Source: Flavobacteriaceae bacterium UBA1903
GTDB taxonomy: Bacteria > Bacteroidota > Bacteroidia > Flavobacteriales > Flavobacteriaceae
Direction of reading: 5' to 3'
Length of the DNA: 64,000 nt
Assembly (NCBI GenBank): GCA_002337605.1
Contig: DDGL01000016.1
Coordinates: 293,935-357,934 of the forward strand
The stretch's first letter is position 1; each line of letters opens with the position of its first letter. Below the pieces are notes generated by a model. It was not told the origin of the DNA and searched no databases. It was given only the letters and a program-made list of their open reading frames with translations. Below are positions 46,064 to 56,029 of this stretch, in pieces. A program made the position numbers and the translations under genes.

Positions 46064-46522
46064 TTACGATTCCACAACTATTTCGGTTTCCAACGTTACT
46101 TTAGATTTTATAGAATTAGAAATTAAACAAGCCACTTCAGATTTCTGAACGATGCGTTTGGCTCGGTCAATATCCTTTTCGTTTTTAATGGTAACGGTGG
46201 GTTTCAGGATGATTTTGGTCATTAAAAACTTTCCGTTTTCTTTCTCCAATATTCCTTCCGATTTGCAACCGAAGCTTGAAAACTCCAATTTTGAGTTTTC
46301 GGCAATGGCCAAAAAAGTGGTCATAAGGCAACTAACTACTGAGGCGGTGAACAAATGTTCTGGCGACCATATATGGGGCATTCCCTTCGGGAACTCTGGT
46401 GGGGTTGCAACCTCTATACAATTGGAAGTTGTATTGTCTCCTTGTATTAATTCTGGTGAGCACAATAAACCCTTGCGTTCATTGCTCCACTTTATATCAA
46501 CGTTAAATTGATGTTTTTCCAT
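46064..46522 (-). CDS. OsmC family protein
   Basis: 'PPEFPKG', 'WSPEHLF..SVVSCLMTTF', 'CLISNS'. Confidence 0.88.
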   Translation of the reverse strand: MEKHQFNVDIKWSNERKGLLCSPELIQGDNTTSNCIEVATPPEFPKGMPHIWSPEHLFTASVVSCLMTTFLAIAENSKLEFSSFGCKSEGILEKENGKFLMTKIILKPTVTIKNEKDIDRAKRIVQKSEVACLISNSIKSKVTLETEIVVES

Positions 46523-46547
46523 TGCTTCGTTTTTAGGATTAGCTATT

Positions 46548-46621
46548 CAAAATTAGCTCGTTAGTTATTCTTAGTAAATGACATATATCATTTTTCACTG
46601 GCATTTTTCAAACTATTTTAG
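46548..46621. promoter_or_regulatory. Single Crp/Fnr-type box serving two divergent promoters
   Basis: TGACATATATCA 46579-46590; TAATTTTG at 35-bp offset (minus) and TATTTTAG at 46614 (+35). Confidence 0.8.
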
Positions 46622-46636
46622 AATTTCTAAAAACCG

Positions 46637-47050
46637 ATGCTTATGGAAACCCAATCACCAGTAAAACTCATCGCAAACTTAGAGAGACCGATTTGGTTTT
46701 CGGTGATCCGTTTTATGGAGCAGGACATCACTTTTATAAAACAACTGCTTACCGCACCCATTTACAAACAGAACGTACCCAATGTATTTGAGCGTCTTAC
46801 CAAATACCTCACCCAAACTGATGAGCTAGGGAAAAAGGTATCAACGTTCATAAAAGAGGTGGCGGTTTTTAAAAAAAGCCTGGAAAATTATCCTGAAGAG
46901 GGCAACCCTTCCATAGATGAGTATTACTATGGGAGACACAAACATTTTAAGGATGAATATATAAAATTAGATGGAGAATTTTTGCAATTGAAATCTAAAA
47001 TCTTTTGCTATATAAGTACTACGCTTTTATCACCAACCTCCAAAAATTAA
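46637..47050 (+). CDS. Hypothetical helical protein
   Basis: 'WFSVIRFMEQDITFIKQLL', shares pattern with 48055 and 48506 ORFs. Confidence 0.6.
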   Translation: MLMETQSPVKLIANLERPIWFSVIRFMEQDITFIKQLLTAPIYKQNVPNVFERLTKYLTQTDELGKKVSTFIKEVAVFKKSLENYPEEGNPSIDEYYYGRHKHFKDEYIKLDGEFLQLKSKIFCYISTTLLSPTSKN

Positions 47051-47054
47051 TACT

Positions 47055-47444
47055 TTGGAAACTGAAACCACGTATCGAGATATGCACATAAAAGCATTGC
47101 AATGGAAGGTGACATTGCAGCAAGCTGAGGAACTACTTTATGGCATTGAGAAAAAACTGCATACAATAAATTCACGTCCTGGAATAACCAATGTAGATGT
47201 TACAATGGAGCGGTTGTCGAAAAGCGCAAAGAAAAAATCAGAAGAAATAAACCGTATAAAACAAAGCATATCTTACTTTGAGAACAGGCTTTCGCTAATG
47301 AATGAATGTGATACTTCACAATGCGATACAGCATTTTTTGAAGAAGCTGAAGCAATATCCCTGCAAGTAAAGATAGTAAACAAAAATGTAAATGTGCTTA
47401 GTTCTAAAATTGATATTATAAAAGAATCTAAAATATTAGACTAA
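47055..47444 (+). CDS. Hypothetical helical protein
   Basis: TTG start, 129 aa, 'C..SQCD' motif. Confidence 0.5.
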   Translation: METETTYRDMHIKALQWKVTLQQAEELLYGIEKKLHTINSRPGITNVDVTMERLSKSAKKKSEEINRIKQSISYFENRLSLMNECDTSQCDTAFFEEAEAISLQVKIVNKNVNVLSSKIDIIKESKILD

Positions 47445-47455
47445 TGAAGTAAAAC

Positions 47456-47498
47456 TGATAATTATCATTTCCAGCACATTGACACTGAGGTATTTTTA
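47456..47498 (+). promoter_or_regulatory. Crp/Fnr-type box + -7 element for hsp20
   Basis: Perfect palindrome TGATAATTATCA 47456-47467; TATTTTTA at 47491 (+35). Confidence 0.8.
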
Positions 47499-47538
47499 CA
47501 GTATAAAACAAATAGTAACCCTATAAAAATTCAGTATT

Positions 47539-47985
47539 ATGTCTTTAGTAAAATTCAACAGAAGAAGAGTTCCCTGGATAAACGACGGGATAGCAAATTG
47601 GTTTGATACCGACGGTTTTTTTTCAGATGAGTTTTTCGCAAGAAAAGCCAACTTGCCTGCAATGAACATCAAGGAAAACCCAGAAAATTTTGAAGTTGAA
47701 CTTGCGGTACCAGGTTTCTCAAAGAAGGATATTGAGGTGTCCTTAGAGAATGATATACTGCACGTATGTGCAGAAAATCGCAAAGAAGAAGTAGAAGAAA
47801 ATCAAGAGGGCTATACGCGAAAGGAATTTAGTTACAACTCGTTCGACCGTAAACTTCAAATTCCTACGTCGGTAAATCAGGAGAAAGAAGTAAAAGCTAC
47901 CTACAAAAACGGGGTGCTAAAACTGGAGCTTGCTAAAAGCGAAGCTGCCGTGGAGCCGCCTAAAAAAATGATTGAGATAGCTTAA
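47539..47985 (+). CDS. Hsp20/alpha-crystallin small heat-shock protein
   Basis: 'LPAMNIKE', 'LAVPGFSKKDI', 'SFDRKLQIP', 'ATYKNGVL'. Confidence 0.92.
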   Translation: MSLVKFNRRRVPWINDGIANWFDTDGFFSDEFFARKANLPAMNIKENPENFEVELAVPGFSKKDIEVSLENDILHVCAENRKEEVEENQEGYTRKEFSYNSFDRKLQIPTSVNQEKEVKATYKNGVLKLELAKSEAAVEPPKKMIEIA

Positions 47986-48000
47986 ACCTCTTAATTGAAG

Positions 48001-48042
48001 AGGCAGAAAGCTGGCAGTGAGGTGCTGTTCTCTGCCTTTTTT
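48001..48042 (+). terminator. Probable intrinsic terminator after hsp20
   Basis: AGGCAGA...TCTGCCT stem followed by a T tract. Confidence 0.55.
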
Positions 48043-48054
48043 AAAAGTCCTTTT

Positions 48055-48492
48055 ATGAATACCACAACTCATTTTAAATATATAGAATGGCGCAATACGA
48101 AAGGATTGCACGAAGATTCAATAAATGCCATTTCCGATCTTATGTTTCTAAAAGACGAGTTACATTTTCTAAAAGATCTGGTAGCAGAACACACACTGGA
48201 ACTCATGTATGGAAAGTCTCACGAAGAAGCTGTTAAGATAGGTATAGCTCTTCACACCCTTGATGACAGATTGAAGAATTTATTAAAAGACCTTGTGGTA
48301 CACTCGAACAATTTGAAGGTGTTAACAGATGATATTGATGTTCCCAACGAATTGCAAGACTACAAGAATGTACACTACAAATTAATGGTAGAGGCGATGG
48401 ATTTTCATACAGACCTAAAGAAAACCAAGCGAATCATTTTTGAGATGATGGCGGATATAATGAAAAAGAGCAAGCAAAAGAAACTGTCCTAA
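48055..48492 (+). CDS. Hypothetical four-helix-bundle-like protein
   Basis: 'LMFLKDELHFLKDL', 'HSNNL', 'HYKL'; start taken at MNTTT. Confidence 0.65.
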   Translation: MNTTTHFKYIEWRNTKGLHEDSINAISDLMFLKDELHFLKDLVAEHTLELMYGKSHEEAVKIGIALHTLDDRLKNLLKDLVVHSNNLKVLTDDIDVPNELQDYKNVHYKLMVEAMDFHTDLKKTKRIIFEMMADIMKKSKQKKLS

Positions 48493-48505
48493 CTTTTATC
48501 TAAAA

Positions 48506-48943
48506 ATGAAAAATATAACCTACAAAATAGTACAATGGAGTACACCAGAAGAATTGTATAGCGAATGTCTGGAATGGGCATCGCAATTAAAATTCATTAA
48601 AGACGAACAGCGCTTTCTGGACAATCTCATTAAAGAATACACGGTATCTCTAATTTCAGAAGATGCCTACAATGATTCTTTAAAACTGGTAGGGGAATTG
48701 AATACTGAAGAAAAGGAACTGTCTAAGTTATTTAAAAGAGTAAAAGATCATACTAACAGTATTGAGGTTTTGCTTGACGCTACAGCGGACGAACGCAAAG
48801 GAGCTGCATATAGAGAGATACATTACTATTTGAAAGTTGATGTATTTACGTATGCCAAAAAGTATCGCGAAACTAAAACGGCACTGTTCAAAAAAATCAA
48901 GAAGTTAATGAAAAATGAAAAACGTTGTCATTTACTGAAATAA
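48506..48943 (+). CDS. Hypothetical four-helix-bundle-like protein (paralog of 48055)
   Basis: 'WASQLKFIKDEQRFLDNL', 'HTNSI', 'HYYL'. Confidence 0.65.
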   Translation: MKNITYKIVQWSTPEELYSECLEWASQLKFIKDEQRFLDNLIKEYTVSLISEDAYNDSLKLVGELNTEEKELSKLFKRVKDHTNSIEVLLDATADERKGAAYREIHYYLKVDVFTYAKKYRETKTALFKKIKKLMKNEKRCHLLK

Positions 48944-48962
48944 TCTTTTAAAACGTAGTATT

Positions 48963-49601
48963 ATGAACAAAATCATTATGTATGTAAGTATCGCACTATC
49001 CCTATTTTTACTTTATAGTTGTGGATCCACAAAATTGGTACAACAATATAAAAACCCAGACACCGTAAACTTTGAAGCCAACAAAGTATTGGTAGTCGGT
49101 ATTTCTGCCGACAAAGAATTACGACGTACTTACGAAAAAAATATGATAGATGAACTTGATAAAAAAGGCGTAATCGCTGTAAAAAGCATCGACTTTTTTG
49201 AAACTTCATTTACAGACAATAAAAAGTCCGTCGTGCAACTTGATAATATCGAACAACGATTATTGGAAGCAGGATTTGATGCTATACTTTTTACAAAGAT
49301 TACAGGACGCGAAAGCAGAGTGACGATGGTAGATGCATACCGAAATTTTGCAAAAAGATATCAATCTTATGAAGATTACTTCTATGGAAATGTAAACATA
49401 TATTACAGAGAGCAACAAGAACGTTATCAAGTCTATACTACTGAAACGTCATTGTATTGTATATGTCCAGGGAAGGAGAGAGAACTATTATGGCGTGGTG
49501 AGATTGAAGTTGTTGATGCAGAGAAAGTGAATCGTAATATTAGCTCTTATATCAAGATTCTTTTTGATACACTTAATGAAAACAAACTTCTATTACTATA
49601 G
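48963..49601 (+). CDS. Hypothetical lipoprotein
   Basis: Lipobox 'LYSC'; alpha/beta domain. Confidence 0.65.
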   Translation: MNKIIMYVSIALSLFLLYSCGSTKLVQQYKNPDTVNFEANKVLVVGISADKELRRTYEKNMIDELDKKGVIAVKSIDFFETSFTDNKKSVVQLDNIEQRLLEAGFDAILFTKITGRESRVTMVDAYRNFAKRYQSYEDYFYGNVNIYYREQQERYQVYTTETSLYCICPGKERELLWRGEIEVVDAEKVNRNISSYIKILFDTLNENKLLLL

Positions 49602-49606
49602 TCAAG

Positions 49607-50596
49607 ATGAAAGTACTTATCTATAGTGCCAAACCTTTTGAGGAGCCTTTGCTTAAGACTGCAAATAACCGAGTTCACGACCTTTATTTTACGGAAGAAC
49701 GACTTACTTCAGAAAATGCGATGCTGGCATTAAATTATGATGCTATTTCTATTTTTTCGGCAGATGATGCCTCAGATATCGTTCTTGAAAAGCTACACGA
49801 TTTTGGGGTTAAGTTTATTACACTTCGTTCCGCAGGTCACGATAACATCAATTTAAAAACAGCCCGCACACTTGGGCTTAAAGTGGCCAATACACCAGAG
49901 TACTCTCCAAATGCCATTGCTGAACACGCTATAGCATTACTTCTCGCCTACAACAGAAAGTTAATTAAGGCGCAAAGCCAAACGTTACGTAACAACTTTC
50001 TTTTAGATAACTTGATTGGTTTTGATGTAAACAAAAAAACTGTCGGTGTAATGGGCACTGGGAAAATAGGAAGTGTACTGGTTAAGATCTTACACGGATT
50101 TGGATGTAAAATTGTAGCCAACGATACCAGTAGCGATGAGCAACTCATAAGAGATTATGAAGTAGCGTATATTTCTAAAGATGCAATTGCGGTAGAAGCT
50201 GAGATCATTTTTATTTGTTTACCCCTTACTCAAAACACACACCATTTATTTGATGCGGAATACATTAGCAAGTTAAAGAAAAAACCAATTATTGTAAATG
50301 TAGCGCGTGGTGCCATTGTAGAGACTGAAGAAATTTTAGAAGCGCTCAATAGTGATATTATTAGTGGGTATGCGACTGACGTATATGAGCTTGAGCACGG
50401 TATTTTTTTCTATAATCGATCTAACGATGCTCCAAAAGATGCAATTTTGCACCAACTACTTTGTCATCCCAAAACAGTAGTAACACCGCATCAAGCCTTC
50501 GCTACAAATGAGGCACTGCAGAATATTGCTTCAGCAACCATTGATAATTTAAATGCCTGGGATAATGGAAAACATTCGATTAATGAGCTTTCGTAG
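49607..50596 (+). CDS. ldhA: D-isomer 2-hydroxyacid dehydrogenase (D-lactate dehydrogenase-like)
   Basis: 'LRSAGHDNI', 'YSPNAIAEH', 'GTGKIG', 'NVARG', 'DVYE.E', 'TPHQAF'. Confidence 0.85.
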   Translation: MKVLIYSAKPFEEPLLKTANNRVHDLYFTEERLTSENAMLALNYDAISIFSADDASDIVLEKLHDFGVKFITLRSAGHDNINLKTARTLGLKVANTPEYSPNAIAEHAIALLLAYNRKLIKAQSQTLRNNFLLDNLIGFDVNKKTVGVMGTGKIGSVLVKILHGFGCKIVANDTSSDEQLIRDYEVAYISKDAIAVEAEIIFICLPLTQNTHHLFDAEYISKLKKKPIIVNVARGAIVETEEILEALNSDIISGYATDVYELEHGIFFYNRSNDAPKDAILHQLLCHPKTVVTPHQAFATNEALQNIASATIDNLNAWDNGKHSINELS

Positions 50597-50598
50597 CT

Positions 50599-51432
50599 CT
50601 ATTGATGTAAAAACAATAAAGGAATTAAGGTCCTATAGACAAGTGTTGAGGTGTTTGAGCCAAAGAGCAATCTTTCTAAAAAAGTTTCTTTTTCAATAAA
50701 AGCCGCGTGAATATCCACCTTTAATAGCTGTGTGGCAGTATTCACCGCAATAAGTCCAGGAATAGTGTTTAGACAGAAGTAGGTATATGGATGTTCTGGA
50801 AATAGTTTTTGTAGACATTTATTATCTTCTTTTCGGGACATAATAATTGCATCATCATCAAGTTCAAGCACGTTTAATTCGCATTGGTGCATAGTCAGCA
50901 TTTCTTTAAATGCTTTAATGCCTTGAAAGGAAAAATCTTCACAGCGCTGGGTAGAAAACAAAGCACTTTTAATTCCAGCATATTTGTAATGATCGGGTAT
51001 TGTTAATGTGGGACAATCGATGTTCCTAAGTACCTGTAAAGTGTTACTGCCAAATAAGTGTTCTTTTGCGCCCGTTGCTCCGTTAGACCCCATAATAATG
51101 AGGTCGATAGAATGAAATTGAACAGCTTGGTTCACAGCTGAAATAAAATCATCATAATCAAAAAGGCCATTAAATGTATAAACCTGCGATTTGTATTTCT
51201 TGCTCAATTTTTTAACTAATTGATTAATAAGTTTTTTATTGTCGTTTGCAATACTATCATAAATAGTATCAGTCTTAGAACCAGCAACAAGATCGTCACT
51301 TATATATTCTGAAATTTTCTGCACATTGAGAATATAGAAGTTGCACTCCCAATTTTCAAAAAATCGCATTGCATAGTCAATGGCGTTCATTGAGTTTTCC
51401 GAAAAGTCTGTAGGTAGAAGGATGTTTTTCAT
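50599..51432 (-). CDS. Universal stress protein
   Basis: 'ILLPTDFS', 'IMGSNGATG', 'FGSNT'. Confidence 0.9.
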   Translation of the reverse strand: MKNILLPTDFSENSMNAIDYAMRFFENWECNFYILNVQKISEYISDDLVAGSKTDTIYDSIANDNKKLINQLVKKLSKKYKSQVYTFNGLFDYDDFISAVNQAVQFHSIDLIIMGSNGATGAKEHLFGSNTLQVLRNIDCPTLTIPDHYKYAGIKSALFSTQRCEDFSFQGIKAFKEMLTMHQCELNVLELDDDAIIMSRKEDNKCLQKLFPEHPYTYFCLNTIPGLIAVNTATQLLKVDIHAAFIEKETFLERLLFGSNTSTLVYRTLIPLLFLHQ

Positions 51433-51451
51433 CAGTTTGACATTTATATGA

Positions 51452-51494
51452 CGAATGTAAATTCAATAGGGAAGAAAAAGAATGAGATATATCA
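51452..51494 (-). promoter_or_regulatory. Imperfect Crp/Fnr-type box + -7-like element
   Basis: TGAGATATATCA 51483-51494; TACATTCG at 35-bp offset on the minus strand. Confidence 0.6.
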
Positions 51495-51596
51495 GTTTAA
51501 ATAATTTACAGAATAAAATTTCTATGAAACAATTAATATGAAGATAAACTCATTTTACCAAATGTTAAGATTTATAGTATTAATAGAATATATTTT

Positions 51597-52829
51597 CTAG
51601 TCATTGATTTTCTTAATCTTAAAGGTTTTGATTTTTGAGTTTTGTTTCAGTAATAAACCTATTGCTAATACCAAAATTGCACTGGCGCAAATAAGTGTTA
51701 GGTAATAACTGTCAAATATCGCTTTATCTAGCCATATGGCACTGCCCTTGTAAAAAATGAGAGTTTCCGTTACTATATAACCTATAAGAAAGAGAAAGTA
51801 CACAGTGAAACTGGTGCGTATTAATCTGAAATAATCAAAAAAGAGAAATAGACTCATACTTATAACACCCAAAAAAGTTAGGTGTAAATAACCAATGGTA
51901 AATTCTATAATTGAAAAAGCCAGATTTGCAAAATAAGGTATTGAGGTAATCAATTGAAGAATAATTTTTAAGCCTAAAATAACCAAAACGGTCTTGCCGA
52001 TTAGAACCTGAAGATTACTAAAATTACCTTTCAACAAGATTTTATTTTTGGAAAACCATCTTAATAAAAAAAGAAAAGCAAAAAGCTGAAGAACCACACC
52101 TAAGCCATTCAATAAATACAAAACCTTTATTTGGACTGCCCAAAATATAGATAGGAAGAATGTGAAGACCACCCCAAAATTTACAGAGTAGAAAAGGTAG
52201 TTGTTTTGGTTTCTTGAAAGGTGAATACCTTTTTTTTCGAGTATTGCAATCAATATGCCCAGTAGGGCAACCAACATCCAGCCGTTATACTGGAAATGTA
52301 GATAGAAATAAATCGAAATTTTATACCAAACTGAAGCTTTACCCAAAGTGGCCATAACAATCCCTAAAGCCCAAGGGCCCAGAGTTGAAATTACATTATA
52401 AAACAGGGCTATTCGTATATACTTATACCAATTGCTGTGCTTCAGGTTTTTAGGTGTATTTCTTATAAAAAACCAAGCGTACCAATAGGATGCAAATAAG
52501 AACAAGGTCGAAAATGTGATTGAAAGAAATGAGTAGCCCTGAAAGGGAAAGGTGCACAACATTCCAACCAGTGTTATTTGTATAAACACATAAATTTGTC
52601 GGTATCGATTACTGTTCTTTTTTTCGTCTGATAAAAGTTTGTAGAATAATGTTATGAGTGCCAGATACACCCAGCCCAACAAAGCAATGTGGGAATGTCC
52701 GTGAACTATATGTCTATAATCCACGCCTATATCAAGAATATGCAGCGGCCTTAAAAAAAGACCCAATACAGCAGCTATTAAAAAATAACCCAATGCGAAT
52801 CGGCTATGTAGTTTTAGATCTATCAACAA
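51597..52829 (-). CDS. Polytopic membrane protein with conserved-looking His motifs (putative heme-binding)
   Basis: About 11-12 TM; 'HGHSHIALLGW', 'YLHFQYNGW', 'YLHLTFLG'; TTG start. Confidence 0.55.
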   Translation of the reverse strand: MLIDLKLHSRFALGYFLIAAVLGLFLRPLHILDIGVDYRHIVHGHSHIALLGWVYLALITLFYKLLSDEKKNSNRYRQIYVFIQITLVGMLCTFPFQGYSFLSITFSTLFLFASYWYAWFFIRNTPKNLKHSNWYKYIRIALFYNVISTLGPWALGIVMATLGKASVWYKISIYFYLHFQYNGWMLVALLGILIAILEKKGIHLSRNQNNYLFYSVNFGVVFTFFLSIFWAVQIKVLYLLNGLGVVLQLFAFLFLLRWFSKNKILLKGNFSNLQVLIGKTVLVILGLKIILQLITSIPYFANLAFSIIEFTIGYLHLTFLGVISMSLFLFFDYFRLIRTSFTVYFLFLIGYIVTETLIFYKGSAIWLDKAIFDSYYLTLICASAILVLAIGLLLKQNSKIKTFKIKKIND

Positions 52830-52856
52830 ATAAATGAAATTGTCTGTTCCAAAAAA

Positions 52857-53639
52857 CTAAAAATCTTTTTTTCTGCTTTTTCTGTAAATATTGAGTAAAG
52901 GCAAAGCAACCCATAGCGCAAGTGCCGAAAGTGCCATTAAAAAGCCAAGTCCTGTACCAAAGAATTTCTGAAAAACAGCACCAGTATAGCCCAGCAAAGC
53001 AGAGATGTCCAGTTTTAAGAGTATCAAAATACGCGACAAGTCTATTGGGTTGAAAAGTGTAGCACCTATTGAAAAGGTGTCTAACGGGTATTCTTCTAAT
53101 AGGATTAGCGACATTAAAAACAATCCGTCATAAATAACAGCCATAAACAACCACAGCAATATCGCATAGCTAAACCCTTTGATTTTATTCTCGTTGTAAA
53201 GCGCAATATTGAAAGCCAAGCCTGTAAAAATGAGCGTTAAAAAAGTTCCTGTGACCAACAACAATACAAAATCCCAAATTGCACTGGATTGAAAAAGACC
53301 ATATAGTATAAAGGGCAATCCCAAACCAATCAACAAACTCAACGATAACGATATAGCGACACCAAGATATTGGCCTAAGAAAATCGAAGCGCGCTTTACG
53401 GGTTGGGCAAGTAACAATTCTGTAAATTCTTTTGAGTCGTAATAGTACATTACCCCAAAAATAGTCCCGATGAGTGGTACCAGGATAATGATGACATTCA
53501 TCAATGTAATAACAGCTTTTGAAAGGTCATTATTTAAGAAAAGCAATACGAATCCCAGTGCTAAATAAAAGAACAGGTACACATAACTCCAGCGGCTACG
53601 TATTAAATCGAAAAAGCTATATTTTAAAATTTTAAACAT
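52857..53639 (-). CDS. nosY: NosY-type ABC permease
   Basis: Multi-TM, 'ELLLAQPVKR', 'NPIDLSRI'; in nos cluster. Confidence 0.85.
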   Translation of the reverse strand: MFKILKYSFFDLIRSRWSYVYLFFYLALGFVLLFLNNDLSKAVITLMNVIIILVPLIGTIFGVMYYYDSKEFTELLLAQPVKRASIFLGQYLGVAISLSLSLLIGLGLPFILYGLFQSSAIWDFVLLLVTGTFLTLIFTGLAFNIALYNENKIKGFSYAILLWLFMAVIYDGLFLMSLILLEEYPLDTFSIGATLFNPIDLSRILILLKLDISALLGYTGAVFQKFFGTGLGFLMALSALALWVALPLLNIYRKSRKKDF

Positions 53640-54339
53640 TTTGTTCGGTTAAAAGGTTGGCTATGGCACGTTCAAAATTTGGTTCGTTGGTTTGGGTCAA
53701 AAGGGTTTTTATATCGCCTTTAAAGTACACCTTGCCTTCCAAAAGAAATACAATCTGGTCTGCCATTTCTTCTACAAAGCTCATTATGTGAGAAGTGATT
53801 AAAATGGTTTTCCCTTTTGCTTTTTCCTGAAGAATTAAATTTTTGAGGTGTAACAATGCAATGGGGTCAAGTCCTGTAGTGGGCTCATCGAGTATAATTA
53901 ACGGACTGTCAAACATTAAAGTAAGTACCAGATTTACTTTCTGTTTTGTACCACCAGATAGGTTGCTCAGTTTTTTATTGAGAAATGGGCTTAACTTAAA
54001 GAGCTCGATAAGTTGCTTGTCTTCACCATGCAGATTCCGAAGGTCTTTAATCATTTTTACAAGTTCCTGTACTGTAAGATTAGAAGGGAAATTGGCTATT
54101 TGCGGCAGGTAATCTATCTCGTTTCTGTAATTCCATTTGTTTTTTATAGAATTACCATTGAGCGAAATTGTACCACTATCGGGAATTACCATCCCTAAAA
54201 TAGATTTTATAAGAGTGGTTTTACCCGATCCATTGGGGCCAAGAATTGCAAAAATACCCTTTTCTGAAATAGATAGGTCAATGCCTTCAAGCACTTTATT
54301 CTTGCCAAAACTTTTGTATAGATTTTCTATGTGTATCAT
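53632..54339 (-). CDS. nosF: NosF-type ABC ATPase
   Basis: 'GPNGSGKTT', 'LSGGTKQK', 'LDEPTTGLDP'. Confidence 0.85.
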   Translation of the reverse strand: MIHIENLYKSFGKNKVLEGIDLSISEKGIFAILGPNGSGKTTLIKSILGMVIPDSGTISLNGNSIKNKWNYRNEIDYLPQIANFPSNLTVQELVKMIKDLRNLHGEDKQLIELFKLSPFLNKKLSNLSGGTKQKVNLVLTLMFDSPLIILDEPTTGLDPIALLHLKNLILQEKAKGKTILITSHIMSFVEEMADQIVFLLEGKVYFKGDIKTLLTQTNEPNFERAIANLLTEQNV

Positions 54340-55622
54340 TTAATTTTTTTCATTTTTGGACGCTCATCCACTAAATTATCTGGTGTGAATACTGGGGAAA
54401 CTTTTTCTGAAAAGTCTATAATATCAATAAATAGGCTACGCATTAAAATAATGGTTTCCGGCGTCCTGTTTACGATATATGAAAATAGTTTCACCGGACG
54501 GTAGGGTATATCGCCTATGCCGTCCCTGTCTAAATCGTAGCCTGTGTAACTACTCCAATAATTGTTTGCAAATACGTTATCGTTAATACGGCTGTTGTAA
54601 GATATATCGAATGAGTTATACAGAAAATTGTTGTACTCAAACACATTGGTATAGCACGCGCCCAAAACTTTAATGGCATAACCATTTCTTATAAAATTAT
54701 TTTTGTGGTACGTTATTCGGTTAGAGCCTTCAATGTTAATGCCTACTGTATTTTCTTCAAACGTATTTCCGCTTATTTCGGCATCGTTAATTTCTTTCAG
54801 TAAAAGGCCAAAAGCGGCTGTTCCCCAATTTTTATGAAAAGTGTTGTTCAACATTTTTATTCGTTTTGAAAACATTACCGCTACACCTGCACCGTTGTTT
54901 TCAAAAGTGTTATTGGTGTACACATCATCGTTTGAAAACATAAAGTGAAGCCCATACCTCAGGTTTTCTGTGCTTATGTTATTATCGATGGTTATGTTAT
55001 CTGAAAATTCCAAATAAATACCATCCCTCGTTTTTTGAACAATATTTCGGCCCACAATTACATTTTTGCAATACCAAAGCTGTATGCCGTTGCCCGAATT
55101 GTATTCGTCCTGTGCATCACCAATAATCTTATTGTGATATACTTTTCCGTTGTTTGATTTTTCTAAATAGATACCGAAAAACAATTTTTCCAATACCACA
55201 TTCTGAATCAAGAATTTTTCGCTCTTTACCACACGAATGGCTGCGTGGTCGCTGGTGTAGCTTGTGCCTACGTTAATAATGAACAATCCATCTATTGTTA
55301 CATTGTCTGAAGTAATACGAATGATTTCCCCTTGGTCCTCTCCATCGATAACTGGGAAGTTTTCTCCTTTTATGGTCAAGGGTTTATCGACAACAATATT
55401 AAACTCTTTGTAAGTTCCTTTTTTTATAAAAATCGTATCCTCTGCCTCGGCTACGGCAATCGCTTTCTTGAGTGACGCTATGTCGCAGGTGTTGCATACG
55501 GTTATCGTTTTTGCCCAGCCAGTTGTAATACTGAAACAAGCAATTAAAAAAACGATTTTGTATAGAAAAATAATTCTCAAGGCTGTACCTATTTGTTTAA
55601 ATATGACTTCAATTCTTTCCAA
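54336..55622 (-). CDS. nosD: Nitrous oxide reductase maturation protein
   Basis: Beta-helix repeats, 'GNGIQLWY', 'RYGLHFMFS', 'NYWSSY.GYDL..DG.GD.PY'; true start may be slightly downstream. Confidence 0.92.
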   Translation of the reverse strand: MERIEVIFKQIGTALRIIFLYKIVFLIACFSITTGWAKTITVCNTCDIASLKKAIAVAEAEDTIFIKKGTYKEFNIVVDKPLTIKGENFPVIDGEDQGEIIRITSDNVTIDGLFIINVGTSYTSDHAAIRVVKSEKFLIQNVVLEKLFFGIYLEKSNNGKVYHNKIIGDAQDEYNSGNGIQLWYCKNVIVGRNIVQKTRDGIYLEFSDNITIDNNISTENLRYGLHFMFSNDDVYTNNTFENNGAGVAVMFSKRIKMLNNTFHKNWGTAAFGLLLKEINDAEISGNTFEENTVGINIEGSNRITYHKNNFIRNGYAIKVLGACYTNVFEYNNFLYNSFDISYNSRINDNVFANNYWSSYTGYDLDRDGIGDIPYRPVKLFSYIVNRTPETIILMRSLFIDIIDFSEKVSPVFTPDNLVDERPKMKKIK

Positions 55623-56029
55623 TTATAAAGGTTACCGCCTAAATCTGATTGAATTTTCTCGGCAGTACTCTTTTCTTTAAAAGCGGTTAGGCTTGCACCC
55701 ATAGGGCTTGGTAATTCTTTAGATATTAAATAGGTAGCTTCTGAAGAAGGGATGAGTTCTGTTGGGCTTTCATAGTAATTTGTATAGTAAACCCCTGTGT
55801 CTGAATTTGGCGTATCTTGTGCGTAATTTAGCATACATTCGGTAGCATCAAATTTATATATCTTCCCTTTTTCGGTTACAAATTCTGAACCGTGAATTTT
55901 ATCTACAATAGTCATTTTACAAAAATGGCAACCATCGTTTCCGTAATCTATAGTTTGTGGTCCCGTATTACAAGAAACTGTAAATACTGCTAATAGTGTT
56001 AAAAGTGACATTTTTATACTGTTTTTCAT
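55589..56029 (-). CDS. nosL: NosL copper chaperone lipoprotein
   Basis: Lipobox 'TVSC'; 'CHFCKMTI', 'FDATECM', 'SPMG'. Confidence 0.88.
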   Translation of the reverse strand: MKNSIKMSLLTLLAVFTVSCNTGPQTIDYGNDGCHFCKMTIVDKIHGSEFVTEKGKIYKFDATECMLNYAQDTPNSDTGVYYTNYYESPTELIPSSEATYLISKELPSPMGASLTAFKEKSTAEKIQSDLGGNLYNWKELKSYLNK

